Origin: Eledone cirrhosa | Lineage: Eukaryota | NCBI GenBank assembly: GCA_964016885.1 | Contig: OZ024745.1 | Span: forward strand, 117,924,001-117,988,000 | DNA length: 64,000 nucleotides | Direction of reading: 5' to 3' | Shown: positions 12,880 through 27,740 of the stretch, piece after piece | How positions within the stretch are numbered: position 1 is the stretch's first letter | Layout: every line of letters starts with the position of its first letter | Position numbers and translations under genes: made by a program | Notes under the pieces: generated by a model | Databases searched by the model: none | What the model saw: the letters and a program-made list of their open reading frames with translations, nothing else | Told to the model about the DNA's origin: nothing

Positions 12880-13060
12880 TGGGCATGTGGTTAGAATGTC
12901 TCAGGTAAGAATCGCTAGACAGATTTTACAGGCGAAACCAATAGATAGGAGACCCATGGGTAGACCCCGAGCAAGATGGTTTGATAACTTCCTTGAGCTT
13001 AGCTGGTCACGCTTGGGGATCCAGTCGGATCAGTTGGAGATAGTTGCTACTGACATAAGC
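12880..13060 (+). mobile_element. RTE LINE C-terminal fragment
   Basis: YGHVVRMSQVRIARQILQAKPIDRRPMGRPRARWFDNF. Confidence 0.8.
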
Positions 13061-13696
13061 AAGATATACTTGAAAAGTACAAAACAACACCATGACTGCA
13101 TTACATTAAACATTTATTACATCACTTTAGTTTTACTCCGAATTTTCACAAACGCTCTCCAGATGTTTTCTACCAAATCATGACAGTATGCTAAGAATTA
13201 AATGGGAAGTCGGCTGGAAAAAGCAAATCCATTGCATGTGTTTATTTTGCAGGCAGTTAAACCGCGAACGCCACTTAGATGACATTCCATTTAAAATGCT
13301 TCTAACATATCTGAATGTTATGGAGTAATTGATTCAGTGCGATACCACATAGACAATACAAATGATCGATAAACACAGATGTGTGTGTGTAATGAGATGT
13401 TTTGTTGATTCCAAGCAGACCAATTAAAAATATCAAAGGCAGAGGATTCTAAGCCAATTCTATTTTCGGAATCTAACGAAGAAGCAATTTTGTTTTCTAC
13501 ATACTGCACGATCAAATGTATTTAAACGCAATAACCTGAGCAATTCTAATCTATTTAATATGGTATTGACGGCTGTGGCATCCATAACGAGTATTTTGGC
13601 TTTATCAGCATAAGAAAATCATCTCTCTCTCTCTCTCTCAGTCACTCACTCTCTCACACACACACACACACACACGCACCCACACACACTCACATA

Positions 13697-14036
13697 CACC
13701 CCCCCCCCCACACATATTTCGTTTTTGAATTTGTTTTGCGAGATTTTTAATCTGAAAACGTGTGTTAAAACAGATATTGTTATACTTTGGGAGAGTCATG
13801 CTGCCAATAAAAACACACGCACCAGTTGGTTTTCACTTCAATTTAGTATACATTTCCGGTTGGTTGGTTCAATAACTGGAAGGTAGTTTATATATTGTCA
13901 AAGCTCTTTCGTCACACATTCTGTGACCTCCTCAGTGACTAGGTTTTTATTTTGTGTGTCTCTCCTTTGTTCTATCCTACACCATCTTGTTTTTGAGGTG
14001 TTCTGTTTTGTGTGCTTGGTTTGCGCATGCGTTACA

Positions 14037-14124
<88 letters not shown>

Positions 14125-14360
14125 AATTTATTTATGTGTTTATTTACTTGTCACTAGTTGGTTGTTTGTTCTATCTGTGTGTGTCTGATTTGTTTTGTTA
14201 GCTTGGTTTTTGTGTGTGTCTGTATGTCTTCATTTTGTCCTTAATTACTAGTTGTGATGTTGCTGTTCCATTCATGTTTTCTGTTTAATTTTGGCTGGAT
14301 TTCGTTTATATTTGTTGCTCCATGATTTGTTTGAGCATTGCATCTTTTCTGTGTGTGGAT
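13697..14360 (-). mobile_element. Penelope pLTR-like non-coding element (same family as 1148-1927) with HHR at 13897-13939
   Basis: Reverse complement of 1385-1925. Minus strand reads gtca CTGAGGA g gtcaca gaatg tgtgac GAAA gagc TT tgac. Confidence 0.8.
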
Positions 14361-14365
14361 ATAAA

Positions 14366-16733
14366 TGTTAATGTTCAATGATAAGTGCAGCTATAACTAT
14401 ACAGAAAAGAAGTGCTGATAGTACATTCCCCTGCTTAACTCCCCTCAAGATGTCTATACAGCGTGTAGTTCCCAAATCTGTTTTGATATATGCTGTTGAG
14501 TTGGTGTAAGTTTCTTTCAGTAGTTTGATGTATTTTTTGTTGATTGAGGTCTTGTTTAAGAGTTGCCACAAGCTGGATAGTTTCACGCTGTCAAAAGCTT
14601 ATGTGAAGTCAATGAAAGTGATGTGCACATGGTTGCTGAATTCTATTGATTTCTCAATCATTTGTTCAATAGCTAGGATCTACTCAATGGTGCCTCTTCC
14701 AGCTTGATACGCAGCTTGTGTTTCAGGAAATGAGGCGTAAAGGTCTGACTTTACTCGTGCTGCAATAATACTCATGAAAAGCTTGTAAACGCGACTCAAT
14801 AGGCTGATAGTACGATAGTTCCCACAATCAAGTCCGCTACCTTTTTTGTAGCGTACAATCATCAATGTTTTCTTGAACATGTCTAGGCTTTTTCTTGTAG
14901 TGATAATACAGTTCAAAAGATGTTGAAGTGCTTTGATAATTGCTTCCCCTCCAACTTTGATGAATTCTGAGTATATGTTGTCCAGTCCAGAGCCTTTTCC
15001 TTGCTTCAAATGTTGATGGCATGAGATATCTCGCTAGATAAGATAGATGGAATGGCATCTGATGTCGAATCATGAATGGTTGTTGATTCTGAGTTGCTGA
15101 AGTAGAGTTCTTCATAGCATTTAGCCCAGCGTTCAAGGATATCATCTTAAGAAGTAAGCATAGTATCATTTGAATCTTTAATGCTCCAGTTAAGATTTCT
15201 TGGTTTAGTCTTTAGTTTCTTCAGAACACCATGATGTAACCTGTTGGGTGGTAGGTTATTCAGCTCCTCAATGTTGTACATTTGCTTAAGTTTGTCTGAT
15301 TTAACGAGTGTTTGCTATTCTATATTGGGCCACATTCTCTTCTAATTTTATGTTTTTCAGATATTGCTTTCTTTGTTTGTTGTGACATCCATTGTGAGAT
15401 GGAAAGGCTTTCCTTAAGTAATATCTCTGTAGATACCTCTTTTATGCCTCTACAGATAGTATCATAAATATTGTCGGAGTCTTCATCAGATTGCAAAGCT
15501 GAAAAGCGGTTTTGCAACTCGAGTTTGAATCGGCTTGCTGTTTCGTCACATGAGAGTTTGTCTAAGTTAACTTTCGATGGTATTTTAGTTCTTTGTGGCC
15601 AAACAAAGTTGATGCGAAATCTTGTTCACACCATACGATAGTCAAATATATCAGGAGTGTTAAGAGCAGTGCTGTCTAATATGCTTAGTCTTGCTGAAGA
15701 TTTTCTTGCTATTATAAAGTTTATTTGATTCTTAGTTATACTGTCTGGTGATATCCAAGTGAACAGGCTTTTCGTTTGAAATATTGTGTTGGTGATCTGC
15801 AGATTGATCCTTGTACAAAATTAGGTTGGAAGTTCACCTCTCGAGTTAAATGTACCTGTGGTATATTTCCCAATACTCGATGGGAATGATTCGTTCAGTT
15901 GCCTAAATTTACAGTTAAAGTCACCCATCAGAAAGAGGTGACCTCTCTTTGGTGTTTTATCTATAATGGCCTGTATGTTGTCATACAACTCAATGATTTC
16001 TTCATCTGGGTGTGCAGATGTGAAAAAGAAGCACTGGATATGTACGAGTTTACAAAACTTACTTTTCAAGCTCAGGCCAGCTAGTCTGTCTGATATAGGT
16101 CGATAGTTGTGTACTGATGATGCGCACCTTTTGTTCACCAAGAAACCCACTCCGTTCATGCGACAAGTCCCATTGCTTGACAGATATATATAGTGTCCGG
16201 TATCTTGGTGTATATTTATTTTGTTTTCCTTTCATTTAGCCTCTGATAATCCAGTAATATCCCAGTTTACTTTCTCAAGTTCATACATCAAGAGAGTTGG
16301 TATTACAGACATTGATGGTACGTGTGTTGTATGTGCAGATATTAAAGGTCTTTTTTTTTGTCTGGGTGTTTCTTCTATTTGTATAAATCAAACCAGTCCG
16401 AGGTTGCTGGTGTAATCTCCTAGTTATAACTGTCACATCAGTCTGGGACTGCTGGTGTGCCCTTCTGTTCACTCTTCAAGGGTCCGGAGGTGGCCTCCTC
16501 TGTACAACGAATCTTTAAGGTGACTTTTTCATGTTAATTTTATGAGCCTACTCTTCCATGATGGCTCAAAGCATGTTGGAAGAGAACGTTTGTAAGGTAA
16601 CGCAAAGACCTGTGTTTTTATCGTGACACCATCACTAGATGGGCTGTCAACCAAGACTCAGAGAGACCCCACCAACCCTCATTAAGAGAGGCTATCCCGC
16701 GCCAGATCTTAACTTGGTACATTAACCTTCGCG
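14366..16733 (-). mobile_element. RTE-clade LINE, decayed (5' UTR, AP endonuclease, RT to about motif B)
   Basis: ICTYNTRT, NGVGFLV, LMGDFNCK, KKG..LDCGNYRTISLLS, QAAYQAGRGTIE, RGVKQGNVLSALLF; many stops. Confidence 0.93.
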
Positions 16734-17110
16734 GTATATATATACACCCTACACCCACACATATAAGTATATGTCTGTAGTATTTAAAACATTTAATCGT
16801 TAATTAAATTATGTATGTATGTATATCACAAAATATCGAAGTAAGATATCTCAATCTAATTGTACGATAAATAGCCCTATGAATATTAATGACTAAAATT
16901 TTCAGAGCATCATTTACAAAAATATTATTTAGTTATAATGATATAGATAGTATAGTAGAACAAAGCACAGTAAGCAAAAATACATTTAAAGGCAAACGCA
17001 AACATTATAATTGGTAAATTCAATTATAATTGCTTAGACCGCGGTTTCGGATGACAAAGAAACAATACCAATTACCATAATTAAAATGGTTAATTAATAT
17101 ATATATATAT

Positions 17111-17392
17111 ATAGAAGGATTTAAATGGATACAGTTCAGTAAAAGGAATGTATTGACACGTGTTTCAATAACAGTTATTTAACCTGAAAACAGCGGCTAT
17201 CTACAAAGTATTAATTATGCAGACACTCAATATTTCAATGATGAAATGGTAGTTGAAAATAACATTGAAATATTGAGTGTCTGCATAATTAATACTTTGT
17301 AGATAGCAGCTGTTTTCAGGTTATATAACTGTTATTGAAACACGTGTCAATAAATTCCTTTTACTGAACTGTATCCATTTAAATCCTTCTAT
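17111..17392. repeat. 130-bp-arm fold-back carrying the 3' half of an HHR
   Basis: 17111-17240 is the reverse complement of 17263-17392, with a 22-nt spacer; contains GAAA cacgtg TC; flanked by (TA)n. Confidence 0.9.
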
Positions 17393-17496
17393 TTTCTCCG
17401 GATTACTTTTGAAACTACAACTGGAACCGTCGAGCAAACCCTACGTGAGCTGTCCATCTACTGTGTATAATATTCATATTACAACACTACGGATAA

Positions 17497-17565
<69 letters not shown>

Positions 17566-18237
17566 TAATTGTTTCTACTTTTGGCACAAGGCCAGCAATT
17601 ACCCAGTAGATTACTGGTACTATATATATATATATATATAATGTGCGTGTGTGTGTGTGTGTATTGTTCGGGGTCTATTCCTGGGTCTCCTGCTAGTTGG
17701 TTGTGCCCTTATAATCTGTCCAGCGATTCTTTTTTTTCTACTTTGACATCTTTTAAACAATGAGGAATTACACCCCCTCCTCCGGGCAGTTCCAATTAAT
17801 TTACATCTGTGTAGATAAGTGCATTCGATCAATGCGAACAGAATCATATTCACTGACTTGTTCGATTGTGGGTCCAATGAAATAATATAGGTTTCTTATA
17901 TATTTATACATGTTGAGTCCAATGTGTTGTCCCAATTTCTCTGTCATCCATAGTTTACTTACTCCAACGTACATACCTATATATATATACGGCAATGCTC
18001 ATCCCTTATTTCCATTCAGAAGGTTTTTTAAAATCCCATCTAATAAACTAATATATCTTGTCAAATACGGCGTAAGCACAATTTACTAGCTATTTTTCAA
18101 ATCTTCGCTGTTTATAAACAAAGCCTGCCATTGGTGTTCGAATGTTACTTCTGTTTTATGTGGAAAAAAGTGGCTCGAATTGCTAGGTTAAAAAAGAAAT
18201 AATAATTTGGTTGGTGTATGACTGTCACGTGAATAAG

Positions 18238-18307
<70 letters not shown>

Positions 18308-18393
18308 TGATGTCTTCCAAAAGTAACGGTTGGATTTTGAAAGGGTATGTCAAAGGGTATGTCAAAATTTATTTATAAAACTGGTATATATTG

Positions 18394-18458
18394 TATTTTG
18401 TCTGATGAAAGCATACCATAATTTAACATGGTATCCTTGAAATATGTATAATAAAATA
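18394..18458 (+). ncRNA. Type I hammerhead ribozyme in a short (TA)n-flanked element (18306-18588)
   Basis: tattttgt CTGATGA aagcataccat aatttaac atggtatcctt GAAA tatgta TA ataaaata. Confidence 0.85.
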
Positions 18459-18585
18459 GATATGGTTTTATAAATATAGTTTCCATTTGTTAATATCGTA
18501 TATTTACTCCAAATACTTGTCGAGTGCTTTATATCAGTTATAAAAATATTTGCTTGTTGTATCCCAACAATTTAAATAGAACTTT

Positions 18586-19272
<687 letters not shown>

Positions 19273-19274
<2 letters not shown>

Positions 19275-19491
19275 AGGCGTGTGGCGGAGTGGTTAGAGAA
19301 TTGGATTCGCAATCGTAAGGTTGTGAGTTCGATTCCTGGACCAGGCGATGCGTTATGTCCTTGAGCAAGACACTTTATTTCACGTTGCTCCTTCTACCTG
19401 GAGTTGCGACCGATAGATAGTATTAGCAATTGGAAAGACCAACCGAAACATTGTTCCCTCGGTCCGATTTGACGAAAGTCGATCGCTTTCT

Positions 19492-19495
<4 letters not shown>
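19273..19495 (+). mobile_element. tRNA-derived SINE family B
   Basis: A-box TGGCGGAGTGG, B-box GAGTTCGATTCC, core GTCCTTGAGCAAGACACTT; other copies at 54933-55123(-) and 60030-60180(-). Confidence 0.85.
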
Positions 19496-19545
<50 letters not shown>

Positions 19546-19974
19546 AGTTTAGATGAGTTGATAACACAACCATATAAAGGCAAATAATAATCCAAAGCTC
19601 AAATGTTATTTTATAATTCACAGCAAGATATGTAAAAGACAGTTCAAAGTTTCATCCAATCGGTAGATTTCCAATCAGAGTCATTTTACCATATCACAGA
19701 CCATGTATACATGAATAAAAATAACCAGGATTAAATTACATTAAATTATTTAATTGGTTTACGACGATCAATACAACAGCAAAATACATTTCTACTGTAT
19801 ATATATATATAGAAATATATATTTTTAATATAGAAATGGCTTCTACAGGACTAGAACTGTTTCATTCGAAGGAAATATATATATGTATGTGTGTATGTAC
19901 GTATGTATGTGTGTATATATGTATGTATATGTATATGTGTATGTATACCTGTATATGTATATGTATGTATGTAT

Positions 19975-20495
19975 GTGCTTCTGGTTTTATAATTTCACAA
20001 ATTTTTGCCAATAGAGAGAGAGCCGGTTTCTAACATAGATACAAGACTCTTTCATTGGAATTTACACAACATTAACTAGGCAGATATATATGCATGTCTG
20101 CATGTATGTGTGGATGTGTATGTTTTGAGTTGTATGTGTATGTGCATAGGCTTTGTATCTTTACAAGTGTGCATGCAGTTATTAGATGCAGAATTTTTGG
20201 AATGTTTTACATATTTTTACTGTTCCATTAATGGATTGTCCTTGTAATTTCCTAACTAGTGTTCTTTCTGTTCCTGTGAAGCCCAGCTTCTCAAGATTTG
20301 TACTGAGGCAGTTACTAACATATCCCAGTGTCTCAATAATCACAGGCATAAATCTGAAGGTATAGTCAGGGTGAAGAATCTGTAGATCTCTCATTAATTC
20401 TGCATAAATATTCTCCTTTTCGCTAATCTTTGATATTATATTGGCATCTAGTGGGCAGCTAACTTCCACTACTGTGCATGCCTTCTTTTCCCTTT
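19975..20495 (-). mobile_element. R4/Dong-like non-LTR retrotransposon 3' end (RLE) plus UTR
   Basis: VEVSCPLDANI..KISEKENIYAEL...FMPVIIETLG; second copy at 63612-64000. Confidence 0.8.
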
Positions 20496-21617
20496 ATTAT
20501 TAATAATGTTATATCATCCAATGGTGAATAATGAGGGGGCAGCCATCATCATGTATGTATGTATGAATGTATGTATGTATGTATGTGTGTGTGTGCGTAT
20601 GTATGTATGTGTGTATGTATGTGTGTATGTATGTGTGTATATCTGTATGTCTCCATGTATGTGTAGACGAGGTGTGTTCCTGCATATACTGAAATAGAAG
20701 TAGAATAAATACTTCAAAATAAACACCCCATATACATTAATCTATGGAAGAATTATCTACTCTTCTAATCTCCAACCCACTTTAGCATGGATTGATTGAA
20801 AACCGACGAGAATTTGATTATTTCTTGCTGATGTCTGTCTCTCACTGAATCGAAGAAAACAACATCTTTAGTGTTGTTATTCTTGTTGGAGTTGACGGTG
20901 ACGGTGATGGATTTTGTTATTCTAGTATTTTTTAAATTAGTATTGATACTAGTTGTGACTGTGTGTGTGTTGGGGACTGTTAGGGTCCACATTAACTGCA
21001 ATGAAGCAGACTTGTTCCAATCGAGGTCATCCTATTTTTCCCTTTCAGATAAGGTGCATCTAATCTAATCTGGCCGAGTTTACACTCGCAAATAAGAAGA
21101 ACCAGGGCCGCCCCTAGGAGCTTTGGATTTGGTGTACTTCATATTTGTTTCGGTTGCTGAATACAATCAGGGGTCACTGCTTCTCCTGAAGGTCAATAGT
21201 TCTCTTCTAACTCGAGCGGGAGTGCCTTTCTTTTGTTAATTTGCATTGATCATCTGCAAAGATACATCCAAGACTTATCCAATTTGTTTTAACGCGTTGG
21301 GGTATGCTTTGCGGGAGAGTTGGTTGTTATTTCCAGCATATTGAGCAATTACGCATAAGCTCGATCGTTAGGGACGGTGCTGGTGTAGGCGATGTTTTAT
21401 ACCAGAAATTCTCAAAGTGAGCTCTACCGCCCCTGGTAGGCATGAGAAGATCCAGGGTCGCTGGAGCCTAAGAGAGTGGTGGGAGCGTTAGAGATGATAT
21501 AATAGTATATTAAATATCAAATGGTACATATATATAGGTATAGTAAAATAAAAAATATGTAATATTTATTTATACATAGTATATATATTATATTATTTAT
21601 TATATATAATTTAACGA

Positions 21618-21979
21618 TTTTATAAAACAACTTTTGTATTTTATCTGATGAGGCGTAAAAAGTTTTGGTACGCTCTCATCAGATAAAATACAAATGTTGT
21701 TTTATAAATAGTGACATATCCCCAAAACAAGAACTTATCGTTTTAAATTCAGTTTGGATATGTCACTATTTATAAAACAACTTTTGTATTTTATCTGATG
21801 AGGGCGTACCAAAGTTTTGGTACCCTTGAAATATATATAATAAAATAAATATGGTTTTATAAAGATAGTTTCAGTTTATTAATATCATTGATATTATACT
21901 CCAGAAGAAACTGTAGAGTGCTTCGAATCTGTTATAAATAAATTTGTTGAATAACCAACAAATTAAATATTTCTTTGCT

Positions 21980-21980
<1 letters not shown>
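21618..21980 (+). mobile_element. pLTR-like element in forward-inverted-forward arrangement; intact HHR at 21787-21847
   Basis: tattttat CTGATGA gggcgtaccaaagttttggtaccctt GAAA tatata TA ataaaata, preceded by two partial copies in opposite orientations. Confidence 0.85.
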
Positions 21981-22023
<43 letters not shown>

Positions 22024-22445
22024 CACACACACATATACACACACACGCACTTAGAAACTCTTTCTATTTACCAGGATATAGTAATGCTGTATTCGTTTCT
22101 TTGAAGTCAACGGTTATAATGTCATTCAACAACACCACCAGCTCTCTCTCTCTCTTTTCCATTTTCCTTCTCTGTCTCCTCTCTCTCTATATATATCTCT
22201 CTTTTAATCTACTCTCTCATAACCATTATCTCTTTCTCTCTATCCTTCCATCTCTCTATTTATGAAGGTACCCGGCAAAACCCCATATATCGGGAACCCG
22301 TGCACCGATTTACGCGAAACTTGTTTTATTCTATCTGTATTCGCATTTCAGGGACAACTTCCTTTCAACGTATTTTCCCATTATGCACCCTTTTGGCTGT
22401 ATTACATTACAGACAAGCAAGCAATCACAGAGTTTTAGTAGTATA

Positions 22446-23039
22446 CTAGACCACCCGTGACCCGGGTCACGTTCACTTCAAAATATTTTATAAAAATCAC
22501 GTTCACTTAAAAATAATGTTTAAATAATTTATATATACACAGACATGTATATAATGTGAAATGAAACCGGAAGGCTCATATATATACGTGTGTGTATGTC
22601 TATATATAAATGTGTGTGTTTGTATATATATATATATGTATGTGTGTGTGTATATATATATGTGGATGTCTGTTATATATATACACTGGTCATAGACACA
22701 CACACATTCATACATATATACATGTACACGACAACACCAGCTCTGTCTCTCTCTTCCATTCTCATTCTGTCATCTCTCCCTCTCTCTATGTCTCTCTTTC
22801 AATCTACTCTCTCACAACCACTATCTCTTTCTCTCTCTCTATTTATGAAGGTGTCCGGAAAAATCCCGTATCTCGGGATCCCGTGCTCCGATTTAAGCGA
22901 AACTTGTTTTATTCCATTTGTGTTTGCATTTCTGGGTCAACTTCCTTTCAAAGTATTTTCCCATTATGCGCCCTTTTGGCAGTATTACATTACAGACAAG
23001 CAAGCAAGCAATGGCAGACTTTTAATACAAATTGATAGA
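22446..23039 (-). mobile_element. Non-autonomous Helitron, with a head-to-tail partial second copy at ~22135-22445
   Basis: Minus strand A|TCTATC... ends with the palindrome CGTGACCCGGGTCACG, 6 nt, then CTAG|T. 22255-22435 duplicates 22835-23025. Confidence 0.75.
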
Positions 23040-23546
23040 TAAATTATTTTCAATTTGCGTGTAGGCAGGTTTGTCTGGAAATAGAAGTGGGGGTGGGCCG
23101 TGAGGAAGGGGGCAAAATGTTTGATAATCTCTGTTTTATACTATGTGTAGTACCGTTTTAGGGAAGTTCTACTAAAAGAGATAGTGTTTGTTGTTGATAT
23201 AGTTTTAACACTAAGTCTGCTCCAGGCGAAAACATCTTTGATCGAGGGTGTTTCAGCTGCGACAAATCTTTTACTTCCTTCGGCCATATTGTAACTAGAA
23301 CTGAACAATCCAATATGTTCTTTCTTTTAAATAAACAATAGAGTGTGATATGAAGATAATTCGGTTGTTGTTTCTAGCAGGTTGAATAGCCATATAGTAT
23401 TAGTCGTATTGGTTATAATGGTAACGGTGGTGAATGGGGAATGTCTTACAATTTGTACAAAAAGGCAATAGAAATAATAATAAAAAATTCAAATAAAACT
23501 AAGACAGACCACTACCATCAATTTCACAATAATATATGTCTGGACA

Positions 23547-24290
23547 ATGCACAGCCCTCTCTGAATTGATTTGGTCGCTTAAAAATAATAATATTGAATA
23601 CTCCCTTTCTTGGCAGAAACTTTCTCGTGCTTTGCCTTATGAAAATGCATCTATATCTAAGTGACCTCTGTACCACAGAGATTCTCCACATCATTCATAA
23701 TAGGCAATTCATTATAAATAAACGCTCAGAAATCTTTAGTTTTTGTCTTCGTAAATTTAGCAAAACGTTTCATAGGGTATTTAGTTATATTTTGAATAAA
23801 ATTTGACAGACTATAAATAAGTAATATAACATTTCTTTATATATAGTTTTTAAACTTTTTTATTTTTAAATCGTTTATAATGCTAAATAGACCAAATAAG
23901 TATTATAATAATTCTTAATTATAACTTCTACATCTAATTTAACTCTAATTAGTATATAAGTGAATTAATTTTAATATAAATTGACAAATTAGGCTATAAT
24001 AAATGCATTTTTCTTTTGAGTTAAATTATTAATCCGGTCTCCTGATACCCTAATCAGCTACAAAAATTAAATATAAATTGATAAATTAGGCTATTATACA
24101 CGCATTTTTCCTTTGGACTAAATTATTAATCCGGTATCCTGGTATCCTAGCCAGTTATAAAAATAGCAACGCCAATTGTTAAATATTTTCTTCTACTCAA
24201 AGAATATCTACTAAATTAAATTATAAACATAAACTAAGATAAATTGTCTACGAAATTAGTAATTTAAAAAAATTTCTTTATTTTATAGTT
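23547..24290 (+). mobile_element. Naiad-type Penelope GIY-YIG C-terminal fragment plus AT-rich 3' region
   Basis: TALSELIWSLKNNNIEYSLSWQKL..DLCTTEILHII..INKRSEIFSFCLRKFSKTF, homologous to 42902-43150(-). Confidence 0.8.
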
Positions 24291-24309
24291 ACATTATTAC
24301 TTTAGCATC

Positions 24310-24581
24310 TGTGTTCAAATCCCGCCGGGATTAACTTTGCCTTTCATCCTTACGGGGTCGATAGAATAAAGTACCAGTCACGCACTGGAGTCGATTTAAT
24401 CAACTTCCCCTCCCCCCAAATTACTGGCCTTGTGCCTATATAAGAAACCATTATTACTATTATTTCTGAGTTCAAATCCCGCCAAGGTTAACTTTGCCTT
24501 TCATACTTACGGGGTCGATAAAATAAAGTACCAGTAATGTACTGATGATTGCTGGCATTGTGCCAAAAGTAGAAACAATTA
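24310..24581 (+). mobile_element. Two tandem partial SINE family A copies
   Basis: Core motif at ~24340 and ~24495. Confidence 0.9.
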
Positions 24582-24592
24582 TTATTATTATT

Positions 24593-24634
<42 letters not shown>

Positions 24635-24837
24635 ATATATATATATATTATAATATATATATATATATTATAATATATATATATATATATATATAGTTAA
24701 AACACAAACAACACCGAGATCTCATTAGTTTCACGCTTGGGAATGAAGATAAAGAAATATGTGTGTTTATGTATGTATGTGTGTATGTATGTGTGTATGT
24801 GTGTATGTATGTATGTATGTATGTATGTATGTATGTA

Positions 24838-24879
<42 letters not shown>

Positions 24880-25329
24880 CATGTATGTATGTGTGCATCT
24901 ATGTATGTATGCTCTTGTTAAAATCTGAAGTTCTTAACAGATTACAATCAAATAATATTTACTTGTTCGATTCTAGATATATCCCGGCACTTATATATAT
25001 GTGTGCATGTGTGTGTGCATATGTGTGTGCATGTGTGTGTGAGTGTGTGTGAGTGTGTGTGTGTGTGGGGGGGGGCATATGTATGCGTGTATATGAGTTT
25101 ATCTCTGCTCCTATTCATGCAATAATTAATGTGTGGCTATTCAGTAAGCAATCTGTTAGTTATTTAAACTTGTACCGGTGATCCTAGAAAATTTCTTCCT
25201 TCCGGTAACTCACTGGAAGAAGAAGAAGAAGAAGAAGAAGAAGAAGAATGAGGGGAGAGGGGGGATAAAAGCAGAAAAAGAAGATGAAGAAGAAAAAGAA
25301 GATACTTCCTTCACGACCTTTTTCTCCCA

Positions 25330-26620
25330 TTGTTGTCCTAGGCCATAAAATAATGACTTTTAGGTGATATACATGAAAACATTCAAATAGATATCCTATA
25401 GTGCTGCGTATTCTTATAGGTTTGATCTTCTCCGACTGCCTCAGTTTCATCGTTCGAAGTGAAAATGTTGTCCTCTCTTTCTAAAGAAATTACATTCATT
25501 AATCTTCTCATATATGTCTGACAAATACCATAATTTGCAATGCCAACCCTTCTCATAAGAGAGAATTCTCTAAGATTTTAGATCATTTCTGCTAAAACCA
25601 TTATTTCGTGTATTAAATATACCAATTCTCTCAAATTCCACCCCTTTAACAGCCATTACACTTTAGTATGCAGTAAAGGATTGCTGAATTTAGATAACAT
25701 ACTTTGAAATAAACAGATATTCAATGCATGGTTTTTAATGTTGATAATTTTATAACACCATTTTGTATTACCGTACTTAGTACTAAAGAAAAACGTTTAG
25801 CCACTAATACTTCCTGTAATGAGTTGTAGGTACATTGCAGTTAAAATCTTAAAAGCTTAAAATCTTACTTGTCCCCGTGTTGAGCTGTTGCATCTTCGGT
25901 ACATATACCAATTATTCCATTACAGTCGAGTGGTTTAACTATTGTCCATCCATCTAATTATCGATTAGTCCTCGTGTACACTGTTCCTATATGAATAATC
26001 TAATAGATAATTAAGACGTTTTTGTAATGTTGGTCGATTCGTTCACCAGAATTGAACATTTATTATTTTCTTCGATTCTTTTAATAATGTCTTTAAACGG
26101 TGTATAACATAACAATGTAATCCTTCTTATTTCATCCACATAAATATTTCTGGAAATAATTCAGTGATTTTATCTGTCGCCGGAAACACATTTTCGCTAG
26201 TTGTGAATATATGGTTTCTTAGAATTTGTAATTAAATATGAGTTTCTGTCTGATACGCTTAAGTACTTTCTTTTTTTTTTAACTCCAGTGTGTTTTTCCA
26301 AAAATTGCTTTTGCAGTTTCGAAGACTTCTGTAATCTTTCTAAAAGAGATAAACATTTACTTGTACAGGAAGCATAATCTTATTCGCCAGATATTCATGA
26401 TAAATTAAGCAAACTCGACGGTAATCTCCATGTGCAACAGCGAAAGTACATCTCTTTAAAAGAAATTGTCGTGATTCTTAATTTTTTGTGTAGAATTCTT
26501 CAGCTTCTACGTTTTTACTCACGTTTAGATTCGTCTTGCTACATTCAGGTTTCTTAGGAACCATTAATTTGGTATTGCTTTATGCTCTTTTCGTCTTTGG
26601 TAGATTTAATTGCTAATTCT
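25330..26620 (-). pseudogene. Highly decayed hAT (Charlie/Buster-like) transposase
   Basis: IIKRIEENNKCSILVNESTNIT resembles FSIQLDESTD; LDCNGIIGICTEDATA resembles LDW..CVGICTDGA.AM. Boundaries approximate. Confidence 0.65.
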
Positions 26621-27740
26621 CTCTCGAGGGGAGGCGGATATTTTTAATATCTCTAGAATATCAAAACAACTGTCGCTAGTTAATTAAGTATTTATATCAA
26701 TAAGTGCTTGAATTGTGAAATAAATTCAAATTAAAATAATTAAATTCTTGAACATGCCTCCATTGTAAGCGAACACAGATCAGGTTATTGCCTTAGTTCC
26801 CTCAACCCTTTGACAAGGGGGCTGTTTCCTGAAATATAATGAAATATTCTTCATATTTGTAATCTTTACTGTTCTATTTCTATTGTTATAATCTTCTAAA
26901 TACTTCTTTCTATTCAAAATCTTGTTTTTATATTTATTGAATTAATTTTATGTGATATAAAGTTATTCTGGAAAATGGAAATTACTTGCTACCCGTATGA
27001 GTAAATTACACACTAATCAGAATTATCTCAACGAATATTTACCACTGCGACATATCTCACAACCTATATGTAATATATTTCAATGTCAAGAATTCAAATT
27101 TAAGGCTGCCGACACACATCGTATTAACATCATTCAGACCCCTTCCCCCCACAAAAAACAGCAACAAAAAACAACAATAAACAAAACAAAACAACAACCT
27201 TTCCTACGCATTGTCACGGAGTGCGAAGTGTCACGAATCAATAACAAATATATTACAAATCTCTATATAATTAAAATGAGTGTTGATAATAAGTTTATAA
27301 ATGGTTACACCATAGACAAATATTTCTACAATATATAGCAGTCGTTAGATGCCATAGTTCACTGTACAATATATGAGTAGGGTTTTACCTCGGTTTTAAT
27401 TATTAAATAGGTCGTTTATTAATTGTGAAAGTCCTTTTGTCACAGTTAGTGACCCTATCGAAGATTAACTTTGAAGTGGAGACGAAGAGGGCAAGAGGTA
27501 TCGATAATGGATCAAAACAATCACTACAACATATCAGATCTGTTACAGTTTGTCTCCTCAGATTGATGTTTGATGTTTATATGGGAATGTCACACCAGCG
27601 TTCTGTATCCAGAGGCGATGTTTTTATTGTATCTCAGGATAATCCTTCTTACGGATAATCAAGATCAGTTAGTATTGCAGATGTTGCAATGGCGTCCGGT
27701 TTCCTTCCGAATAATTTGGGGTTGTTTCTCAATTATTTTT

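Noticed and set aside
19273-19350. tRNA gene
   Set aside because: The A/B boxes continue into a SINE body found in several copies; no clean cloverleaf.
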